A model generated the notes under the pieces. It did no database searches, was not told where the DNA came from, and was given only the letters and a program-made list of their open reading frames with translations. Of a stretch of DNA of 13,776 nucleotides, positions 1 to 8,840 are shown one piece after another (within the stretch, counting starts at the first letter, position 1; each line of letters starts with the position of its first letter). This DNA is from Candidatus Hodarchaeota archaeon (GTDB taxonomy: Archaea > Asgardarchaeota > Heimdallarchaeia > Hodarchaeales > Hodarchaeaceae), in the NCBI GenBank assembly GCA_029856365.1, contig JAHQWW010000099.1, positions 1 through 13,776 on the forward strand, written 5' to 3'. The position numbers were made by a program, and so were the translations under genes.

Positions 1-76
1 CTTTACTTCTATTCAATAAACTCAAGAGTCAAATATTTGTCGCATTAATCATTCCAATGTTTAATTGAATAAGACA

Positions 77-106
77 ATCTTAAGATATATATCTTAAGAT
101 ATATAT
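77..106. repeat. 14-bp tandem duplication (ATCTTAAGATATAT x2) forming overlapping perfect palindromes; candidate operator
   Basis: Copies at 77-90 and 91-104; 77-100 is a perfect 24-bp palindrome and 85-106 a perfect 22-bp palindrome. Confidence 0.8.
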
Positions 107-238
107 GATTTCTAGTGAACTTAAAAATTAATCCATAAAACAGAACCATTTCAATTGAGATGCTTTTTAGCTAGAATAAGTAAACATTTCTAATCACATT
201 ATTTCAATAATCTTCATTAATTACATCTATGCTGTGGG

Positions 239-1030
239 ATGCAAATGTATGGTTCAAAGACTGAAGATCCAATTGTGAAGTATTATGATGAAACAGTAGG
301 TACAAGTGGAAAACATGAAGTAGCATGGTACCTTACAAAAGCTCATTCTTTCGGAGATCCAATCCTTGATATGGCCTGTGGAACGGGGAGAATGTCTATA
401 CTACTTGCTAAAGAAGGATATAGTATTGTTGCTTTTGACCGTTCTGAGGGAATGCTAACTCGCTTCCATGAAAAACTTTCAAGAGAACCTATCGAAATTA
501 AGCGTCGAGTGCAGATTTTTCAACAAGATATGGACAATTTTACTTTCAAAGAAAGGTTTAATACCATTATTTGTGTAGATGCGTTCTTTCATAATTTATT
601 TGAACAAGAAGCATTAAATTGCTTAAAATGTGTCTCTCAACATCTAACTTACAAAGGAAGATTTTTCTTTAATGTGCCAAATCCAAATCAAGACTTCTTA
701 CAAAAATGTTTGGACTCTCAAGGGAAAATTTGGACGACTAAAAACATCTACCCCTTAGAAAATTCAGGAACAACGATTTTAGTTGAAGAAGCATCTGCTG
801 CGGATATACAAGCGCAATTGATATTCACAAAGCTTCGATTTACATGTTCTGATTCCGAAGGTAACATTATTGAGAGAAATGAATCAAGCTGGACAACACG
901 ATATATGTACCAAGACCAATACCTCACCTTATTTGAAACAAGCGGACTAGAGGTAGAATTACTGGTTGGAACTTATCAAAATGAACCTGTTTCACCTACA
1001 TCCCAATTAATTTTTCAACTAAAATTATAA
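239..1030 (+). CDS. Class I SAM-dependent methyltransferase
   Basis: Motif I ILDMACGTGR, acidic motif II (VAFDRSEGML), QQDM and FNTIIC strands, GRFFF strand. Confidence 0.93.
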   Translation: MQMYGSKTEDPIVKYYDETVGTSGKHEVAWYLTKAHSFGDPILDMACGTGRMSILLAKEGYSIVAFDRSEGMLTRFHEKLSREPIEIKRRVQIFQQDMDNFTFKERFNTIICVDAFFHNLFEQEALNCLKCVSQHLTYKGRFFFNVPNPNQDFLQKCLDSQGKIWTTKNIYPLENSGTTILVEEASAADIQAQLIFTKLRFTCSDSEGNIIERNESSWTTRYMYQDQYLTLFETSGLEVELLVGTYQNEPVSPTSQLIFQLKL

Positions 1031-1110
1031 TCATAAGATGCTTTTCTCAAAATTTTTTAAACATTATTATTTATAATATATTCCATTCCTAAACCTGAAA
1101 GATTTTTTAG

Positions 1111-1176
1111 ATGTCAATAAGAGAAGGTGAAGGAATTTACAAAGGCACACTAATGGGAGGCAATCTTAATTACTAA
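1111..1176 (+). pseudogene. Possible short remnant of an S66 (LD-carboxypeptidase/MccF-like) peptidase gene
   Basis: Translates to MSIREGEGIYKGTLMGGNLNY*, which resembles the S66 motif GxxxGxLxGGNL; it is a purine-rich patch in AT-rich intergenic DNA. Confidence 0.4.
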
Positions 1177-1257
1177 TCAATATTAGCTTAAAAGCAGTGT
1201 TGATAGGATTATAAACGACATTAGTTGTGTCAATTAGAACTTAATCTGATGGTAATA

Positions 1258-2439
1258 ATGAAGAAAAGAATTCAATTAGATAACAAGACATTGGAAATTC
1301 TCAGTGCATTTAAGAAACACCCTCAACAATCATATGATGAAGTCATTTCTATTTTAATTTCTGATTTAAACGATACTCTCACGAATAATGTTCTATTTAA
1401 CGCTCTTATGGATCATCTTCCAGCCTCAGTGTACTTCAAGGATCGTGAAGGACGTCATTTAAAGGTATGTAAAGCCACACAGAAAGATTACAATGAAATA
1501 TATTGCAAAAGATTCGGACTAGAACCTCAGGACATGATAGGAAAGACTGATGAAGAATTATATAAGCCAGAGCTAGCAGAAAGGACCTTTAAAGATGATC
1601 TTTATGTTATAGAATCGAAAAATGTTATTATTAATCGTGAGGAACATACGCCACCTGATGGCAGATATTTCTCGACAACTAAAGCACCTATATTTAATAA
1701 GAAAGGTTATGTGACTGGATTAGTAGGGATCACATATGACATCACAGCTCTAAAAGTCACAGAACAGGAGTTAAAAGAATCAACTAAAGCATTGAGAAAT
1801 TTAAGTGAGTCTTTAATGATAATTAATACTATTTTAAGACATGATATTCTCAATTACTTAACACAGGTTATTGGATTTTTAGATTTATATAAGGTGGAAA
1901 GGGATGAATTCTATTTAGAACGTGTTTATACCCCCGTTCAAAGAGCTATTAGTCTTATAAATAAATTGGGAGAACTTGAGAAACTGATTATTCAAAAGGA
2001 GCCATTAAAGCCATATAATCTTAGGGAGATATCAGAAACTGTTTTGAAGAATCTCTTATCTCCAACAGTCAAATTTAATATTGTTGGGGAAGGGATTGTC
2101 CTTGCAGATCAAGCCCTATATTCAGTCGTCGAAAATTTAGTTGGAAATGCTATTATTCACGCCCACACGGAATCCATTGAATTAATAATTAGTGAAACAG
2201 AGGATGAATACTATGAATTAAAAATTATTGATTATGGTATAGGGATAACAGATCAAATAAAAAAGAAATTGTTCCAACCAGGCCAGAAATTTGGAAAGAA
2301 AGGAGGGACTGGGTATGGTCTCTATATTGTGAAGAAAATCATACAACGTTATGAGGGAGAAGTCAAAGTAGAAGATAATTTACCAAGGGGTACTATTTTT
2401 TCCGTAAAACTAAAGAAAGCAAACCCTATTCAGTCCTAG
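1258..2439 (+). CDS. Cytoplasmic PAS/PAC sensor histidine kinase with an N-terminal RHH (VapB-antitoxin-like) domain
   Basis: PAS (VYFKDREGR...MIGKTD), PAC (TTKAPIFNKKGYVTGLVGITYDIT), H-box ILRHDILN, N-box ENLVGNAIIHA, G1 DYGIGI, G2 GTGYGL. ATG 1258 (or 1249) preferred over TTG 1225. No TM segment. Confidence 0.93.
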   Translation: MKKRIQLDNKTLEILSAFKKHPQQSYDEVISILISDLNDTLTNNVLFNALMDHLPASVYFKDREGRHLKVCKATQKDYNEIYCKRFGLEPQDMIGKTDEELYKPELAERTFKDDLYVIESKNVIINREEHTPPDGRYFSTTKAPIFNKKGYVTGLVGITYDITALKVTEQELKESTKALRNLSESLMIINTILRHDILNYLTQVIGFLDLYKVERDEFYLERVYTPVQRAISLINKLGELEKLIIQKEPLKPYNLREISETVLKNLLSPTVKFNIVGEGIVLADQALYSVVENLVGNAIIHAHTESIELIISETEDEYYELKIIDYGIGITDQIKKKLFQPGQKFGKKGGTGYGLYIVKKIIQRYEGEVKVEDNLPRGTIFSVKLKKANPIQS

Positions 2440-2542
2440 TCAGCATATTAATATTGTAAAATTCTGAGTTCCTATTTAAATCTATAATTACTTGATTCTC
2501 TTTTTATCACAATATTCGTTGATAAAAAAGTTGGAGATATAA

Positions 2543-3103
2543 TTGAAGGTCAATCATTCCAATTTTATTAGACAGATTGCTGAATACTCAGCATGGATCA
2601 GTGAAAAGCTTTGTAAAAATCTTGTAAATACTTCTGACGAGAAATTCAACCAAAATATTGGATCAAAATTCGTTAACGATACTGAATGTCCAGCATCATC
2701 GTTAAGATCCATAATTGAACACTGTATGATTGGATTGGAATTTGGTAGTCATATTATCAAATCTTTAGCTTGGGATGAAAACGATATAATCCAGAATTTC
2801 CGTTTACTTACAAAAGAACAGCTACTAGAACGATGGATAAGGCAATTTATCGAATTTAAACAATTATTATCAGATCATATTGGAAAAACTGTAATATTTA
2901 ATGATGAAGAAATATATCTAGGTAGTGATTTCTTTTTTGCTTTTTTCAACCATTTAACATACCATTCTGGCCAGTTCATGATCGCTCTAAAGATCGTTGG
3001 AGAAGAGACTATTGACCTTGATTATATGACTTTTTTAAAGGAAATTCGTAACAATAATTTTATTAGAAATCTCTCCACAGAATCTGGAAAGAATAAATGT
3101 TGA
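2543..3103 (+). CDS. DinB/YfiT-family four-helix-bundle protein
   Basis: SLRSIIEH and FNHLTYHSGQ His motifs, followed by LKIVG..DLDY; GGAG upstream of the TTG start. Confidence 0.85.
   Translation: MKVNHSNFIRQIAEYSAWISEKLCKNLVNTSDEKFNQNIGSKFVNDTECPASSLRSIIEHCMIGLEFGSHIIKSLAWDENDIIQNFRLLTKEQLLERWIRQFIEFKQLLSDHIGKTVIFNDEEIYLGSDFFFAFFNHLTYHSGQFMIALKIVGEETIDLDYMTFLKEIRNNNFIRNLSTESGKNKC
2987..3078 (+). repeat. Copy 1 of a diverged ~90-bp direct repeat (3' end of the DinB-family gene)
   Basis: Matches 5124-5210, including an identical 24-bp core CTTGATTATATGACTTTTTTAAAG (3017-3040 vs 5152-5175). Confidence 0.9.
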
Positions 3104-3318
3104 AACATTCGATTTTAGGTGAAATGAGAGAAAAAATAGAGAAATTCTCAGATTTATTTTAGACAAACCAATAATTCGCTTCTTTCATTCCAACGTTCTG
3201 CGACAATTAAGATTTGAAAATTTTGATAGGATATTTTAAGTGGATTTGCTTCTAATATCTGGAGTGAAATCTAAATTCAGCTACAACAAATCTTTTAATT
3301 TCTTCTGCTTCTTTGGTA

Positions 3319-4554
3319 ATGATTAATATGAGATTTCAAAATTATAAGAAAATTGAAATCACTCACTCTGTACATCTTAAAATTCCTACTGGTATAAATC
3401 AAGTCAATGTTTACCTTTCGTTGCCTATTGAACATTTAAATCAAAAAAATATTACTATAAAAGAAATTTATCCTCCTCCCCTTGAATATCTGAATATTGA
3501 AGGCAATAATGTTGCCTTTTTTGAATGTAAATCTTCAACCAGAATTTATATTGATTATGAGCTTGTCACTTCTGAAATGAAACTTGAAAAATCCAGCTTT
3601 ATAGCAAATCTTACAGAAGTTGAATGTAATACATTTACACATAGCCAAGAGCTCATACATATCAACGATGAAATTAGAAATCTTGCGAGAAACATTATCA
3701 AAGATGAAAAAGAACCTTTAAAGCAAGCAGAATTAATATTTACTTGGATGATTGAGAATATTGGATATAAAAAACCATCAAATTATTTTGGAAATCTCAT
3801 CGCTATAAGAAATAAAAGGGGGGATTGTGGAAATATGAGCTTTCTCTTCGTATCTCTTTGTCGTGCCCTTAACATCCCTGCAAGAGTTATATTCGGTTGG
3901 TGGGCAATAGGACCAGGGAAAATTGGGCCTCATGCTTGGTCAGAATGTTTTATTGAAAATTATGGTTGGATTCCTGTAGACTGTGCTGTTTCCAGTTTAA
4001 TAAAACAAGCTAAACGCAGGTATAATCTTTTTTCTGGAATTAATTTCTATGATGTTTCAAAGGATATAAATTATTATTTTGGCAATATTGATAATAAAAG
4101 AGTCATTTATTCCATTGGGTCAGAGTTAGATGTCCCACATTCTTATCCCGACTTTAAGATTGAGAAGTATAAGAAATTTAATTTAGATATAAACGGAAAA
4201 CCTTACATTTGGGGAAAATTATCCAAAGAACAAAGAATTCTTTGGTTACAACCTTTTTTTATACATTTTAAAAGAGAAAATGAGAATATTATTCGATATC
4301 CTTCATTTAAAAGTAAATTAACAGTTAAAGCTCCCGTTGGAGCAAGATTAATTTACTATTTCCATATTCTATCTGGAGTCACAATTTTCCCCTCAATCTT
4401 TGGGTTAATTTTTCTTCATAATCCCTTTTTCTTACTATTGACTATCTTATTTCATGCAACCTCTGCTTTATTTCTTTGGAGAGGAACAACAAGAATTTTT
4501 TATATTATCGTTCTATTTGTACTTCTCATCTTAATTTTTTTAACACTTATATAA
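3319..4554 (+). CDS. Transglutaminase-like domain protein with C-terminal hydrophobic (TM) segments
   Basis: GDCGNMSFLFVSLCRALNIPARV, HAWSEC and GWIPVD supply the Cys-His-Asp triad; the last ~70 aa are strongly hydrophobic. Start uncertain (3313/3319/3328). Confidence 0.9.
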   Translation: MINMRFQNYKKIEITHSVHLKIPTGINQVNVYLSLPIEHLNQKNITIKEIYPPPLEYLNIEGNNVAFFECKSSTRIYIDYELVTSEMKLEKSSFIANLTEVECNTFTHSQELIHINDEIRNLARNIIKDEKEPLKQAELIFTWMIENIGYKKPSNYFGNLIAIRNKRGDCGNMSFLFVSLCRALNIPARVIFGWWAIGPGKIGPHAWSECFIENYGWIPVDCAVSSLIKQAKRRYNLFSGINFYDVSKDINYYFGNIDNKRVIYSIGSELDVPHSYPDFKIEKYKKFNLDINGKPYIWGKLSKEQRILWLQPFFIHFKRENENIIRYPSFKSKLTVKAPVGARLIYYFHILSGVTIFPSIFGLIFLHNPFFLLLTILFHATSALFLWRGTTRIFYIIVLFVLLILIFLTLI

Positions 4555-4795
4555 TTCAAGAAATTAATCCCAACTACTGTTTATATCTACCGTTACTTCA
4601 TTTATGTTTAAAGAAAGGATGATTCTTAAGAATAAATACGTTTACATTAATTTTTTGCTTTTTCTAGCTGAGATAATAAAAGCTACATACCATTTTATGA
4701 ATACTCATTATAGGCATATAAAAAGCTCAGTGAAAAACTTGAAAAGCTTAATATCGAGAAATTCTGGAAATGTAGAAGAATTTACTAAAATAAAG

Positions 4796-5008
4796 TTATT
4801 TTAAAATTTCTCCACGAGAATTGCGAAATTTTTCAACAGCTTTCTCAATTTTATTACAAGAATCTTGGGAAAGAAGCCCAACAAAATCATTAGATGTGCT
4901 ATTGGTCGTTAATCGCATTACAACATCACCAAAACTTTCATTTCCCTTTTTTCGCTCTAATAATCGTTTATAGGCTTCTTCAGATAAAGATATAGTTTTA
5001 TAACCCAT
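4796..5008 (-). CDS. vapB: Archaeal VapB-family antitoxin (RHH), orphan
   Basis: KTISLSEEAYKRLLERKKGNESFGDVVMRLT..DFVGLLS is the typical signature of the archaeal VAPB_antitox/COG1753 family. Confidence 0.85.
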   Translation of the reverse strand: MGYKTISLSEEAYKRLLERKKGNESFGDVVMRLTTNSTSNDFVGLLSQDSCNKIEKAVEKFRNSRGEILK

Positions 5009-5020
5009 TAAGAATCCTTA

Positions 5021-5083
5021 TGTGTAGCTTGTGCATGAAATAATGCATGAAATAATATCCACGCTACAATCAAATTTGCACAA
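5021..5083. promoter_or_regulatory. vapB upstream region with a 12-bp tandem duplication and short inverted repeats
   Basis: TGCATGAAATAA x2 (5032-5055); TTGTGCA 5029-5035 / TGCACAA 5077-5083; TGTAGC 5023-5028 / GCTACA 5063-5068. Confidence 0.45.
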
Positions 5084-5123
5084 CAATAACTTGGGATACA
5101 TTTTATTTATCTCCTCTTTCTAA

Positions 5124-5210
5124 CTAAAATCGTTGGAGAAAGACAATAGATCTTGATTATATGACTTTTTTAAAGTAAATTAATAAAAGATTTGTTACAA
5201 ATCTCTCCAC
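5124..5210 (+). pseudogene. Degenerate second copy of the DinB-family gene 3' end
   Basis: Aligns to 2987-3078 with synonymous changes (act>aca, att>ata, gac>gat), two 1-bp deletions, a 3-bp gap and gaa>taa. Confidence 0.8.
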
Positions 5211-5346
5211 TCAGTTTTAGATGGTGAAATGCAACATCATTTGGTAATTTTAAACAGATATTAGATGATCAATCCTCAGAGGACCCTGTTACTTGAAAAT
5301 TTGATTCTTTTAGAAATTAATGAAGCCAGAGATAGTAGTTGAATTT

Positions 5347-6123
5347 TTAAATGCTTTTAACTTCTTTACTATGTAGGTCTGAGGAAATTGGTGCCGTACC
5401 CAGATAAACATACTGAAACTGAGTGAGAGTTTCAGCATTTTTACTTTTCATCGTTTTGAGGTCAGCTCTAATCTCTTGTTCAATTTCTGTTAATTTGCGT
5501 AGATACTCTACTGTTAATTCAACAATCCTTAAAACATGAGAATGGTTACCAACGGGAATAGAATTAACATAAAGAGTAGTTGAACCAAGAGAAATTTCTG
5601 GGTCTTTATTCACCTTCAATACATTAATTATTTTCTCTAATTCTTGAGCAGTTATATCCATAATGCTCTTGTTTAGTGTTGCCATAGCTTTGAGGTTTAA
5701 AATCGGAAATACGGAAGAAATACTTCTTAATTGCTGAATATATGCTTGTTTGAATTCCTCAGCAGTTTTTCTTTTTAAATCTTCAATCTTAACGACATGA
5801 TCCTGTCCCCAGTATTCTTGAGTTAGTAAATGGTTTATCTTCTTTGACTTTTCAGTTAAACCATAAAATTTCCCTCTTTCCCCTTTCTTTCCTAATTTCT
5901 TTCGATCTAATTGTTTTATGAACTCCTTATCCAGAAGCTCGTGTAAATGATGAATCAGAGTTGTTTCGCTCTTTCCAAGGATGTTCGCCATTTTTTTGAG
6001 GTTTAGTGCACCATAAAGCCTAATAGCAGTAATAATACCAAATCGTGCATCATTTTTTGTCAAATATATAATATCTGTTATGTTGATCTCACTATTGACT
6101 GTAAAAATTTTATTAGAATTCAT
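5347..6123 (-). CDS. Winged helix-turn-helix (ArsR-like) transcriptional regulator with a C-terminal extension
   Basis: RFGII..IRLYGALNLKKMANILGKSETTLIHHLHELLDKEFI...GKFYGLT; divergent from the MFS gene. Confidence 0.85.
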   Translation of the reverse strand: MNSNKIFTVNSEINITDIIYLTKNDARFGIITAIRLYGALNLKKMANILGKSETTLIHHLHELLDKEFIKQLDRKKLGKKGERGKFYGLTEKSKKINHLLTQEYWGQDHVVKIEDLKRKTAEEFKQAYIQQLRSISSVFPILNLKAMATLNKSIMDITAQELEKIINVLKVNKDPEISLGSTTLYVNSIPVGNHSHVLRIVELTVEYLRKLTEIEQEIRADLKTMKSKNAETLTQFQYVYLGTAPISSDLHSKEVKSI

Positions 6124-6174
6124 CTACATCCCTAAATTCTTATTAAAAATAGGATTATCCTTAATATATTAAGT

Positions 6175-6252
6175 ATTCGTATTTCGAATTTTTAGAAATA
6201 TTTATAAGAGAATTCGACTTTCGAATTAATTAGAAATTCGATTATCGAATTT
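6175..6252. promoter_or_regulatory. Three palindromic operators ATTCGA-N3-TCGAAT around a BRE/TATA box
   Basis: 6175-6189 ATTCGT-ATT-TCGAAT; 6211-6227 AATTCGA-CTT-TCGAATT; 6234-6252 AAATTCGA-TTA-TCGAATTT; GAAA followed by TTTATAA at 6201-6207. Confidence 0.85.
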
Positions 6253-6274
6253 ATTATTAGGAGTTGGAAAAATA

Positions 6275-7579
6275 ATGATACAGAATGGTAACGAAGAGAA
6301 GCACGAATTAACACCTATTAGTTCTCCAAATAATCATGAAACTTATCGTGGATATTTATCCTTCTGGTTGGGGCAATTAATATCCTTATTAGGTTCATCT
6401 ATTGCTTCTTTTGCCCTTGTTTGGTGGATGACGGACATCACAAAAAGTACATTCATATTAGGTCTAGCATCTTTACTAGCTTTTGGTCCTTCGGTTATTT
6501 TAACCCCTTTTGCAGGTGTCCTTGCTGATAGATTAAACCGAAAATACATAATTGGGATTGTCGATTTCCTTCAAGCCAGTGCTACCCTAACCTTGATTAT
6601 CTTATTTTGGCTTAATTTCGATCCCGAGATTGTATTGTTTTGTTTTTTAGGTTTAATTACCTTAAAAGGAATTCTTCAATCATTCCATGTTACAGCAGTT
6701 ATGTCTCTTACCCCTATTATGGTTCCTACAGGAAAATTACAGCAGTTTAATAGCTGGAATTATCTTGGTACAGCATTAGTAAATTTAGCTGGTCCTGTTA
6801 TTGCAGCATTTCTTTCAACTGTTATTGAAATTCACCTGATCCTTTACATCGATGTCATTACCTTTTTACTTTCAATAATACCACTTATACGAATTAAAAT
6901 CCCCCAATTACAGAGACAAATACTCAGGAATCCTACATTTAAGCAAGAATTTAAGGCTGGACTAGCTGCAATTAGAAATATTCAAGGGTTATTGGCATTG
7001 TTACTTATTGCTTCAATATTAAACCTTCTTGTAACACCATTAATAACACTGTTTCCTTATTACATCAATGTAACACATCAGGGAGACATTACAGATTTCG
7101 CATTTATTATGATGTTCTTTCAAGGAGGTATAATGGCCGGTTCTATCTTCATGTCACTCAAGAAAGAATTTCAACGGAAAACATTAATAATGTACATCTT
7201 AATTTATCTAGAATTTTTAGGATATGGGGTAGTAGCTCTTACTCCAAAAGTACCCAGTATATTCTTGATGATGTCTCTTGGAATGTTGGTCATAGGTATA
7301 TGTAATCCGATTGTTAATATCTTATTTCAAACTATTATCCAACAAAAGGTTCCTCTTGAAATGCAGGGTCGTGTTATGAGCGTAATTTTAACAGTGACAG
7401 GTTCAATTTCTCCTCTAGGCATGTTTCTCTCAGGAATAGTGGCAGAATTAGTTGATATCACATTTCTATTCTCTGTATGTTTTTTAATTGGAGTTATGGG
7501 TTTTACATTTGCACTCATAGTTACTGACATCAGACATCTGGATCAAAGCTATCAAAAAGCGTTAGGAACTGTAACGTAA
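6275..7579 (+). CDS. MFS transporter, DHA3 (macrolide-efflux-like, MFS_3) family
   Basis: FWLGQLISLLGS, motif A AGVLADRLNRK, VPLEMQGRV, about 12 hydrophobic segments; AGGAG ribosome-binding site. Confidence 0.95.
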   Translation: MIQNGNEEKHELTPISSPNNHETYRGYLSFWLGQLISLLGSSIASFALVWWMTDITKSTFILGLASLLAFGPSVILTPFAGVLADRLNRKYIIGIVDFLQASATLTLIILFWLNFDPEIVLFCFLGLITLKGILQSFHVTAVMSLTPIMVPTGKLQQFNSWNYLGTALVNLAGPVIAAFLSTVIEIHLILYIDVITFLLSIIPLIRIKIPQLQRQILRNPTFKQEFKAGLAAIRNIQGLLALLLIASILNLLVTPLITLFPYYINVTHQGDITDFAFIMMFFQGGIMAGSIFMSLKKEFQRKTLIMYILIYLEFLGYGVVALTPKVPSIFLMMSLGMLVIGICNPIVNILFQTIIQQKVPLEMQGRVMSVILTVTGSISPLGMFLSGIVAELVDITFLFSVCFLIGVMGFTFALIVTDIRHLDQSYQKALGTVT

Positions 7580-7635
7580 ATTGCTATTAATCAAAATTTT
7601 ATAATGGAAACTAAAGTTCCTTTTTTCATAATTAT

Positions 7636-8778
7636 ATGGAGTTCTGTTTCATGGGCAACATATTTAATATTGCAAAAAAGAGAATGCCTCATTTCATTCT
7701 TGAAGGAACCTCTTATGAGATTGGAAAAAAGATTGGAAGCATTTTAAATTCAAATGAAGAAAAATATGGAGGATTCGTATCATTTCTCACGTCAGGAAAT
7801 CCTAATCCGCAAAAGTTAGGATTTAATAATTTTCAAGAGATGGAGGAATTGTACGAAGAATGTTGTCCAGGAATTACAGAGGAAATTCAAGGTTTTGCAG
7901 ACAGTTTGAATGTACAGACAAATAAAATAATATTTTACGGTTTTCCACTGTCATTTCAACAAAATTGTAGCCATATGGTTGCACTACCATCTATCACAAA
8001 TAATAATCATGTTCTTGTTGGTAGGAGCTATGAATGGAATCATAATGAGGAGGATTTAATCCTTTTTACTACAAAAGTCAGAGGTAAAAGGGCACATATT
8101 GGATTTTCAAATTTACTCCTCGGGCGTTACGAAGGTTTTAACGCCGATGGTCTTTGTATAACATCTTCAGGGGGAGGAGCATATAATGCACCTATTAAGA
8201 ATAAAAAAGCTATTTTCTTTTCTCTTGCTGTGAGATCTGTTTTAGAAAATTGTGTAACAGTAGAAGCAGGGATCGATTTATTACAAGATTTACCAGTTTT
8301 TTCCTCATCAAATTTCATCCTAGCCGAGAAACAAGGAAAAGCAGCACTAATAGAGTGTTTAGATAGTGAATACAGCATAAAAGAAATAAATGGTGAAACA
8401 CCATCATATCTAATTTCAACTAATCATTATACTTTGCCTGAAAAGATAAAATATAACAAATATGTTAATAATTGGCTTTTGTCAAATTCAAAAACACGTT
8501 ATGAGAGAATCAAATCAGAATTTAACGCTGACATGCCTTCAATAAGTCAAGATACGATGAAGAATATATTATCGAATGAAATACCAAATGGGGTTTGTGC
8601 TTATTACCATAAGGATTGTTTTGGGACTCTATGGTCTATGATCTTCGATTTAACAGAAGGAACAGTAGAAATAAGTTTTGGTCCACCCTCACATAATAAA
8701 TGGAATGTATTTGATTTTGAGACGTTGGAAAACACAGAAGGTTATTTAGCACAATTCCCAGAGACTCTCATTGAATGA
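7636..8778 (+). CDS. Peptidase C45 family autoproteolytic acyltransferase/hydrolase (Ntn hydrolase)
   Basis: LEGTSYEIG, PGITEEIQGFAD, putative nucleophile Cys in NCSH (codon 7966-7968), VGRSYEW, EGFNADGL, STNHY, GTLWSMIFD. Start may be 7651. Confidence 0.92.
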   Translation: MEFCFMGNIFNIAKKRMPHFILEGTSYEIGKKIGSILNSNEEKYGGFVSFLTSGNPNPQKLGFNNFQEMEELYEECCPGITEEIQGFADSLNVQTNKIIFYGFPLSFQQNCSHMVALPSITNNNHVLVGRSYEWNHNEEDLILFTTKVRGKRAHIGFSNLLLGRYEGFNADGLCITSSGGGAYNAPIKNKKAIFFSLAVRSVLENCVTVEAGIDLLQDLPVFSSSNFILAEKQGKAALIECLDSEYSIKEINGETPSYLISTNHYTLPEKIKYNKYVNNWLLSNSKTRYERIKSEFNADMPSISQDTMKNILSNEIPNGVCAYYHKDCFGTLWSMIFDLTEGTVEISFGPPSHNKWNVFDFETLENTEGYLAQFPETLIE

Positions 8779-8840
8779 ATAACAGTTTTGAGTTGTAACA
8801 ACAAAGTAAGAATTCATATATATAAGGACAGTATGATAAC

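Noticed and set aside
3117-3312. GGTGA-ATG mini-ORF (MREKIEKFSDLF*) and coding-looking antisense scraps
   Set aside because: Too short to assign to any family; may be further remnants but cannot be supported.
4604-4804. 66-aa plus-strand ORF
   Set aside because: No motif or ribosome-binding site, AT-rich, and converges on vapB; probably spurious.
6175-6252. CRISPR-like mini-array
   Set aside because: The repeats are only 15-19 bp with short irregular spacers and no cas genes; operators explain them better.
6343-8378. Antisense ORFs 6343-6549, 7327-7530 and 8127-8378
   Set aside because: Shadow frames inside the well-supported MFS and C45 genes.
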